In this document: positions 1 to 4,447 of the stretch, piece after piece
Layout of the letters: each line of letters begins with the position of its first letter
Numbering within the stretch: position 1 is the stretch's first letter
Assembly (NCBI GenBank): GCA_020697515.1
Contig: JAIXNB010000009.1
Span: 1 to 13,321 of the forward strand
Length of the DNA stretch: 13,321 bases
Direction: 5' to 3'
From: Nanobdellota archaeon
GTDB taxonomy: Archaea > Nanobdellota > Nanobdellia > Nanobdellales > Nanobdellaceae
Program-made: the position numbers and the translations under genes
Notes under the pieces: model-generated
The model's input: the letters and a program-made list of their open reading frames with translations, nothing else
The model's database searches: none
Told to the model about the DNA's origin: nothing

Positions 1-63
1 GTCTAGCGGTAGGACGCCGGCCTGGCTCGCCGGAGGTCCCGGGTTCGAATCCCGGCGGGTCCA
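1..63 (+). tRNA. tRNA-Ala: tRNA-Ala (anticodon GGC), 5' end truncated by the window edge (window begins at tRNA position 10)
   Basis: D stem GTCT/GGAC with loop AGCGGTA. Anticodon stem CCGGC/GCCGG with loop CTGGCTC. Variable loop AGGTC. T arm CCGGG-TTCGAAT-CCCGG. Acceptor 3' strand CGGGTCC has T at position 70 (Ala G3:U70 signature), followed by discriminator A. No CCA is encoded. Position 37 is a pyrimidine, which is atypical. Confidence 0.8.
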
Positions 64-103
64 ATTACAACTGAAAGCCTCACTCTTCAGGGCGGGGAGA
101 AGG

Positions 104-931
104 TCAGACAAATACCTTCCTATATATTTCTTTAAGCTTTGATGGTACTACATGGGTGTATACTTGTGTTACAGAAAGGGAAGAGTGTCCTAATAACTCT
201 TGTATGTACCTTATATCTACCCCTTTAGACAATAAAGTTGTGGCTAATGAATGCCTGAGTACATGGGGTGTTACCTTTTTTGTAATACCTGCACGATTTG
301 CAGTATATTTAACAATCCTCTCCACTTGCCTAGTAGATAAAGGAAATATATACTCGCTATCTAATTTATCCACATATTCCTTGAGTTTTCTTAATAGAAA
401 TTCTGGGATAGGGACTAGTCTCTCCTTACCACCCTTGCCATACACACGAACAAATCCTTGATCCCACAGAATATTATTCTTTTTTAATGAAACCAGCTCA
501 GAGACACGAACCCCTGTGTAGAACAAAAACTCTATTATTAATTTATCTCTTTTGTTCTTAGCAGCATTTACAAGCTTTTGAAACTCTTCAAATGTTATAA
601 ACTTTGGTAGCCGCTTATTTACTTTAGGAGCCTTTATTTGCTTTGCAAGATCTTCCAAACCTAAAAACTTCAAGAAAGATGTAATTGCCCTGGTATATAA
701 TCTTAAAGAGTTAAGATCAAGTTTTCTTTCTAGTTTACTTTTAGCTAGAAATTTAAATATAATATTTTTATCCATGTACGATTGTAATATAGTTTGATCT
801 AACTCAATCCCAAAATTATAATGTAGAAACTGGAGAAATTTTCTTATTATTCCTGTATATGTTCTTATGGTATTCTTCGATCTTCCTTGAATCTCTAACC
901 ATACTCTATATTCTTCTAGAAGTGTATCCAT
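104..931 (-). CDS. xerA: Tyrosine recombinase XerA (XerC/D family, archaeal chromosome dimer resolution type)
   Basis: The N-terminal SAM-like core-binding region is EEYRVWLEIQGRSKNTIRTYTGIIRKF. The catalytic region has GVRVSEL, GKGGKERLVPIP, HVLRHSLAT and LLGHSSLSVTQVYTHV (R..HxxR..Y). The ~275-aa length matches XerA as I recall the Pyrococcus protein. The track start at 940 is a TTG; the first ATG (MDTLL) is at 931. Confidence 0.9.
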   Translation of the reverse strand: MDTLLEEYRVWLEIQGRSKNTIRTYTGIIRKFLQFLHYNFGIELDQTILQSYMDKNIIFKFLAKSKLERKLDLNSLRLYTRAITSFLKFLGLEDLAKQIKAPKVNKRLPKFITFEEFQKLVNAAKNKRDKLIIEFLFYTGVRVSELVSLKKNNILWDQGFVRVYGKGGKERLVPIPEFLLRKLKEYVDKLDSEYIFPLSTRQVERIVKYTANRAGITKKVTPHVLRHSLATTLLSKGVDIRYIQELLGHSSLSVTQVYTHVVPSKLKEIYRKVFV

Positions 932-1049
932 AATATACAACGCTGTTATTCGAAAATATTAAAGTTTGGTTAATCATCTTGGATCAACGATAACAAGCAT
1001 TTTTATAGATCCTTATCCTAAAAAACTACAGCACCACTTGTATATAGGA

Positions 1050-1060
1050 TTTTAAATTTT
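1050..1060 (+). promoter_or_regulatory. TATA-like box for the H/ACA-containing transcript
   Basis: TTTAAATTTT is centred about 26 nt upstream of 1081, the first base of the GC-rich hairpin. This is the typical archaeal TATA-to-TSS spacing. Confidence 0.5.
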
Positions 1061-1080
1061 AATTGGCTATTTCATTCTAT

Positions 1081-1134
1081 CCCCGCCGGCCATGCACTGG
1101 GGAGTCATGAACCAGTTCCTCCAGGCGGGGAACA
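1081..1134 (+). ncRNA. H/ACA box guide sRNA hairpin (pseudouridylation guide), predicted target in 16S rRNA
   Basis: Lower stem CCCCGCC (1081-1087) pairs with GGCGGGG (1124-1130). Upper stem ACTGG (1096-1100) pairs with CCAGT (1112-1116). The K-loop-type cap GGAGTCATGAA has the form N-GA-N5-GA-N. ACA at 1132-1134 lies 15 nt after the upper stem. Pocket strands are GGCCATG and CCTCC. The region is a GC-rich island in an AT-rich spacer. Confidence 0.7.
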
Positions 1135-1136
1135 AT

Positions 1137-1211
1137 GGGATGAAGATGGTGGCATGATCCTGAGATGTGAGGAAGGAGGTGAGTGCAGATGATGAGATAC
1201 GGCTACGCAGA
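1137..1211 (+). ncRNA. Non-canonical C/D-box-like guide RNA unit(s) with alternating C-like and D-like boxes; structure unresolved
   Basis: Layout: GGGATGA (1137-1143) -16 nt- CTGA (1160-1163) -3 nt- GTGAGGA (1167-1173) -12 nt- CAGA (1186-1189) -0 nt- TGATGA (1190-1195) -12 nt- CAGA (1208-1211). The region is purine- and GC-rich and is contiguous with the H/ACA hairpin. Confidence 0.4.
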
Positions 1212-1219
1212 CCTACAAA

Positions 1220-1224
1220 TTTTT
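1220..1224 (+). terminator. Oligo-T (T5) archaeal termination signal after the GC-rich RNA region
   Basis: TTTTT lies immediately after ACCTACAAA, at the point where GC content drops back to background. Confidence 0.4.
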
Positions 1225-1293
1225 AAACAAAAGTACTATACATAAACAACCTAAAACTCAGAATACACAGCTTAAACAACAATAATTTAGATA

Positions 1294-1341
1294 GTGATGA
1301 CCTGGTTACGGTCTGAGAATGATGAATCCTGCCACTTCTGA
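1294..1341 (+). ncRNA. Canonical archaeal C/D box sRNA (2'-O-methylation guide)
   Basis: C box GTGATGA (1294-1300), 12-nt guide CCTGGTTACGGT, D' box CTGA (1313-1316), 2-nt linker, C' box ATGATGA (1319-1325), 12-nt guide ATCCTGCCACTT, D box CTGA (1338-1341). All four boxes are consensus and both spacers are exactly 12 nt. Confidence 0.85.
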
Positions 1342-1403
1342 GATGATATTGTGATAAAACTAAGATGTATAGCTCAGGAAAATAATAGTAAAAAAGCAAA
1401 GAT

Positions 1404-1631
1404 TTAAGCGCCTACTACCTCTTTCTTTGCTAACCTTATATCTTCTTCCTGTACTGTCTTTCTACCAGCGTGTTTTGCTAACTCTACAGCTCTTTCAGCA
1501 ATTTTCTCAGCAACTTCTACTATTATCTCTACAAATTCTCTTTTTGCTTCCTCAGACACTCTGCTTGCACCCGCCTTCCTCAAGATTTTGTATAAAGGAG
1601 CTACAGGAATGGGAGTTGTTCTCTTTGCCAT
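1404..1631 (-). CDS. Archaeal histone (HMf/HMfB family histone fold)
   Basis: 75 aa. PVAPLYKILRKAGASRVSEEA ... AVELAKHAGRKTVQEEDIRLA matches the archaeal histone-fold signature (RKAGA.RVS, HAGRKTV..EDI). Confidence 0.95.
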   Translation of the reverse strand: MAKRTTPIPVAPLYKILRKAGASRVSEEAKREFVEIIVEVAEKIAERAVELAKHAGRKTVQEEDIRLAKKEVVGA

Positions 1632-1651
1632 GAGTTATAAATTACTGGTTG

Positions 1652-1661
1652 TATATAAAAA
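1652..1661 (-). promoter_or_regulatory. TATA box of the histone gene
   Basis: The minus strand reads TTTTTATATA, centred about 25 nt upstream of the ATG at 1631. This implies a leaderless or very short-leader mRNA. Confidence 0.45.
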
Positions 1662-1717
1662 GTTTTTGGAGATAGTTTACAACGACAAAGCATATGCGTT
1701 ATCGCGACATGTAGACT

Positions 1718-2620
1718 TCAATCTATACTTAATAGGTCGTGTACACCCCCATTAATGTGAAAGGTGGTTTCCCACTGAGACACAATTCCCTTGGACTTTT
1801 CTACTAAGATTGGATATTCGTATAGAATATTATTCTTCTTGAGCAGGTTTATGTATAGATCTATATTATATTTTTCATTAAAATCTCTATATAGCCATCT
1901 TCTAGAGAAAGGTAATGTTTTATATCTTTTAAATATATTATCTACAAATTTTTTTAGGCTAGGGATCCTAATTCCAGTATTTCTTTGAAGAATATATATT
2001 GTAGATGCTGATCCATCCTTAACATATCCTACACCATTTGTAGCAAATGGTTCTATGGCATATATACCCTCTAAAATTGGTATAAGAGAACCATTATTGT
2101 AATTTGGAATATTCATCCCAGCGTGTAAGATATATCTATTTATTTTATGTCCAGACAGATTATATATAGGTTTAAAACCATAGTTTGTAATAACTTCCTC
2201 AATAACTTTACCAATTTCTGATATATATACTCCTTTTTTTAAAATCTTTTTTACGGAATCTAACGCGTCCTTACTAGCATTTATTAATTCTTTATATTTA
2301 TTGTCATTTACTTCTATAGTTATTGCTGCATCTACTATCCATCCATTAATGTGAGTTCCCAGATCTATCTTAACAACGTCCCCTTCTTGTATAATATTCT
2401 TATCATTTACATCTGGGGTGTAATGGGCTGCAACATCGTTTATAGATATATTCACTGGAAATGCCGGGTAACCACCATGATCCATTATATACTGCTCAAC
2501 AGTATCTGCTATCTCTAACAAAGAAACCTCTGGGTTAACCAACCTTTTTGATAGTCTTAGGGCATTTTTAGTAATCTTACCCGCTTTTTTTAATTCTGTA
2601 TTCATTTCTCTGCAGATCAT
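1718..2620 (-). CDS. map: Methionine aminopeptidase, type 2 (archaeal MetAP)
   Basis: Motifs: PAFPVNISINDVAAHYTP, DLGTHINGWIVDAA, SGHKINRYILHAG, AIEPFATNG, VSQWETTFHI. The N terminus of Pyrococcus MetAP, as I recall it, aligns with the internal Met (MNTELKKAG), so the true start may be 2605. Confidence 0.95.
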   Translation of the reverse strand: MICREMNTELKKAGKITKNALRLSKRLVNPEVSLLEIADTVEQYIMDHGGYPAFPVNISINDVAAHYTPDVNDKNIIQEGDVVKIDLGTHINGWIVDAAITIEVNDNKYKELINASKDALDSVKKILKKGVYISEIGKVIEEVITNYGFKPIYNLSGHKINRYILHAGMNIPNYNNGSLIPILEGIYAIEPFATNGVGYVKDGSASTIYILQRNTGIRIPSLKKFVDNIFKRYKTLPFSRRWLYRDFNEKYNIDLYINLLKKNNILYEYPILVEKSKGIVSQWETTFHINGGVHDLLSID

Positions 2621-2624
2621 AAGA

Positions 2625-2939
2625 TCATATTTTCTTTAAAGAAGTCTCGGACTCTACCCAAGATAAATATTCTACATTTGCGTCAATTATATTAATAGCT
2701 ACAATCTTTGGGATTTTGTATAGGTATATTTTCTTTATAAAATCACTGAGATTGTCAAAAATAGCCTTTCTAGTTTTAATTATAAGCAAATCTTCTTCCT
2801 CATAGATAGTATTATTCTCTTTCCAATACATACTCTTGATTGTACTAATACTAACATATGTTGCTAACCTCTTTTCTAATACTCTTTTTGATAGTTCTTC
2901 CCCTTTTCCTTTGGGAGCAGTTACAAGAACTATAATCAT
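2625..2939 (-). CDS. cutA: CutA1-like divalent-cation tolerance protein
   Basis: 104 aa. Pattern: LVTAP..EEL.K..LEKRLA.YVSI...S.Y.W...I.E.E.LLIIKT....F..L..FIKK...Y.IP.I. Divergent from consensus (YKIPKI in place of HPYEVPEI). Ends 4 nt upstream of map. Confidence 0.75.
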   Translation of the reverse strand: MIIVLVTAPKGKGEELSKRVLEKRLATYVSISTIKSMYWKENNTIYEEEDLLIIKTRKAIFDNLSDFIKKIYLYKIPKIVAINIIDANVEYLSWVESETSLKKI

Positions 2940-2960
2940 TAGACTATATTAGGACAATTA

Positions 2961-2979
2961 AAGAAATAAAAATAAAAAC
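2961..2979 (-). terminator. T-rich termination tract directly after tRNA-Thr (also overlaps the expected cutA promoter region)
   Basis: The minus strand reads GTTTTTATTTTTATTTCTT, starting immediately 3' of the tRNA discriminator base. Confidence 0.5.
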
Positions 2980-3051
2980 AGCCGCCGCCGGGATTTGAAC
3001 CCGGGACCTCCGCCTTACCAGGGCGGCGCTCTACCGCTGAGCTACGGCGGC
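2980..3051 (-). tRNA. tRNA-Thr: tRNA-Thr (anticodon GGU)
   Basis: The reverse complement folds as GCCGCCG-TA-GCTC-AGCGGTA-GAGC-G-CCGCC-CTGGTAA-GGCGG-AGGTC-CCGGG-TTCAAAT-CCCGG-CGGCGGC-T. This is a perfect cloverleaf with anticodon GGT and discriminator U. No CCA and no intron. Confidence 0.95.
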
Positions 3052-3073
3052 GTATCTAATCCTTTTAGTACCA

Positions 3074-3088
3074 TAAATTTAAAAATTA
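3074..3088 (-). promoter_or_regulatory. TATA-like box for tRNA-Thr
   Basis: The minus strand reads AATTTTTAAATTTAT, centred about 29 nt upstream of the mature tRNA 5' end at 3051. Confidence 0.4.
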
Positions 3089-3096
3089 ACATACCA

Positions 3097-4056
3097 TCAT
3101 TTTCCAAATTTTTTCATAATAACGGATAAATAAGCAGGGTTTATTGAATAATACACTCTCTTATTCTTTTCCTTCTTTAAAAGAAGACCTTTCTCTACCA
3201 GCCTGGATATTTGCTTGGAAACAGTATTATATGGTAAATTCGTTAATTCCGATAATTGTTTTATTGTTAGTTCATTTCCTAATAGCTTTTCCAAGATCAT
3301 GGCTTGTTGGGGAGATATTTTAATGTTCTCATCAATAATACTATTTTGTGTGCTATCATAACTTTCAATCTTCTTAATTCCAATTAATTCTTTAGTGATT
3401 TTTCCTGATATAGGATGTTCTAGTTCATCCAATATTCTATTGAGTTCTATTAATACGGATCTTACATTCCTGTTATTCATTAAAATAATCTCCCTCAAAA
3501 ACTCTTCATCAAACATTAATTTACCGTCTAATCTTTGGTTTATTATTTCAATTATTGTATCTTCATTAGGAAAGTCTATAGAAATTTTCCTATGTATCCT
3601 ATTAATAAATGAGGGTGTCGCGTTTTGTATGATTTCTGATACCTGTATAAGAAATAGAGAGTGTATTTTTCTAGTGTCATATAATGCCTTAGCTTGTTTA
3701 ATTACACTCTCTGAAAAATTTTGAAGTTCGTCTAAAATTAGTACTATAGGTTTTTTATTTTTTATTTTGAATATTATAAAATCTTTATATAGAGCTCTGT
3801 TTACTTGTTTGATTAAATTTATATTTGGGGTCTCTTCACCATTTATATATAGGATTATAAACTTATTCTCCAGCTTTTTTGAGACAGTCATCGCCAAAGA
3901 AGTTTTCCCACAACCTATTGGACCATATAGTAAAAATATTTCCCCATTTTCTATAGAACGTGTTACCTTTTTTTCTATGTCTCCCAACCCAACGACATTG
4001 TCTGTCGGTCGGATATCTAATGGATTATAATCGAATCCATAGTGTATCCACCACAT
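3097..4056 (-). CDS. AAA+ ATPase with C-terminal winged-helix DNA-binding domain (short Orc1/Cdc6-like or archaeal-ATPase family)
   Basis: Walker A LLYGPIGCGKTSLA. Walker B VLILDELQNF. Arg-finger-like SFINRIH. Sensor-2-like NNRNVRSVLIELNRI (compare Cdc6 GDAR..L.LL). The C-terminal wHTH is LTIKQLSELTNLPYNTVSKQISRLVEKGLLLKKEKNKRVYYSINP. At 319 aa it is shorter than the typical ~400-aa Orc1/Cdc6. Confidence 0.85.
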   Translation of the reverse strand: MWWIHYGFDYNPLDIRPTDNVVGLGDIEKKVTRSIENGEIFLLYGPIGCGKTSLAMTVSKKLENKFIILYINGEETPNINLIKQVNRALYKDFIIFKIKNKKPIVLILDELQNFSESVIKQAKALYDTRKIHSLFLIQVSEIIQNATPSFINRIHRKISIDFPNEDTIIEIINQRLDGKLMFDEEFLREIILMNNRNVRSVLIELNRILDELEHPISGKITKELIGIKKIESYDSTQNSIIDENIKISPQQAMILEKLLGNELTIKQLSELTNLPYNTVSKQISRLVEKGLLLKKEKNKRVYYSINPAYLSVIMKKFGK

Positions 4057-4095
4057 GTCATTTTTGTCACGCTCTGTCTTTTTAAGTTTTGATAT

Positions 4096-4115
4096 TGTCG
4101 TTGGTCAAAACGACA
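4096..4115. promoter_or_regulatory. Perfect palindrome TGTCGTT-N6-AACGACA between two divergent TATA boxes (putative operator)
   Basis: TGTCGTT (4096-4102), spacer GGTCAA, AACGACA (4109-4115). It is centred 20-24 bp from TATA-like CTTTTTAAG (4078-4086, minus gene) and TATATTTATAA (4120-4130, plus gene). An identical 7-6-7 palindrome recurs at 13294-13313. Confidence 0.5.
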
Positions 4116-4155
4116 TATCATATATTTATAACACAGAACAATAATATGTAGAAAA

Positions 4156-4446
4156 ATGGGAAATATATTATTTACTCCAGATGGTCAGAAACTTTATGAT
4201 CTACCTGACCTTCTATTTTGGTTGTTAACTTGCAGCGAGGAAGATTCAAAACTTTTGTTAGGGAGTGTAAAACTATATAAATGGTTGAGAAAACTAGGTT
4301 ATCACGAGCTTGCAGAAAAATCCAAGTATATTGAAGATCCAAAAGAAATGATCTTAGAAATTAAATCATTGATATTTAAAAGACCCGAAGTAGAAAAAGA
4401 AAACTTTTCTGAAGCTTTGGCAGAGTTTATTAGACTATATATATAA
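4156..4446 (+). CDS. Small hypothetical protein (96 aa), first gene of a two-gene operon with the ParA-like ATPase
   Basis: ORF with an ATG about 30 nt downstream of a TATA-like box. Its stop is 1 nt before the start of the next gene. I recognise no motif. Residue usage matches neighbouring genes. Confidence 0.6.
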   Translation: MGNILFTPDGQKLYDLPDLLFWLLTCSEEDSKLLLGSVKLYKWLRKLGYHELAEKSKYIEDPKEMILEIKSLIFKRPEVEKENFSEALAEFIRLYI

Positions 4447-4447
4447 T

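Noticed and set aside
91-97. GGCGGGG heptamer identical to the 3' lower-stem strand of the H/ACA hairpin, next to a 5-bp hairpin CTGAA-N10-TTCAG (71-90)
   Set aside because: No complementary CCCCGCC partner lies within reach on either strand, and the hairpin is short. It is probably just the xerA 3' UTR or terminator region, or chance.
156-461. Plus-strand 101-aa ORF, and similar track ORFs at 1427-1633, 1791-1988, 3395-3724, 3767-4030, 5205-5507, 5310-5531, 6113-6325, 6442-6717, 11360-11545, 12029-12214, 12110-12346 and 12461-12751
   Set aside because: All lie antisense to, or out of frame within, long ORFs that have clear family signatures. Their translations are low-complexity (L/F/S/I-rich) with no motifs. 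They are typical shadow ORFs of AT-rich coding DNA.
1135-1217. Second H/ACA hairpin ending at the ACA at 1215-1217, which would make a two-hairpin H/ACA RNA
   Set aside because: I could not build a lower stem, pocket and upper stem with the required ~15-nt spacing to the ACA. Only short helices (AGGT/ACCT, TGC/GCA, GCAT/GTGC with tandem G.A) are available.
1189-1245. 18-codon ORF (MMRYGYADLQIFKQKYYT) preceded at 6 nt by a perfect 9-nt Shine-Dalgarno-like AGGAGGTGA; also a 21-codon ORF at 1092-1157
   Set aside because: No other gene start in this window has an SD-like sequence; starts look leaderless or overlap-coupled. The ORF runs through the T5 tract. The same bases are better explained by the regular C/D-like box geometry and the H/ACA hairpin. 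A micropeptide cannot be strictly excluded without ribosome profiling.
1-1403. Integrated mobile element delimited by tRNA-Ala and the recombinase
   Set aside because: The recombinase has XerA size and sequence character. I found no direct repeat of the tRNA 3' end anywhere in the window. The neighbouring content is guide RNAs and a histone rather than viral or plasmid genes. I kept it only as a low-interest check.
1342-1403. Additional C/D sRNA downstream of the canonical one (GATGATA, GTGATA, GATGTA motifs)
   Set aside because: There are no CTGA-type D boxes at appropriate spacing, and the motifs are degenerate in AT-rich sequence.
4057-4155. Replication origin next to the Orc1/Cdc6-like gene
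   Set aside because: The spacer is only 99 bp. It has no recognisable ORB or mini-ORB repeats with G-strings and no extended AT-rich unwinding element beyond background. The palindrome also occurs at secY, which fits a transcription factor site better.
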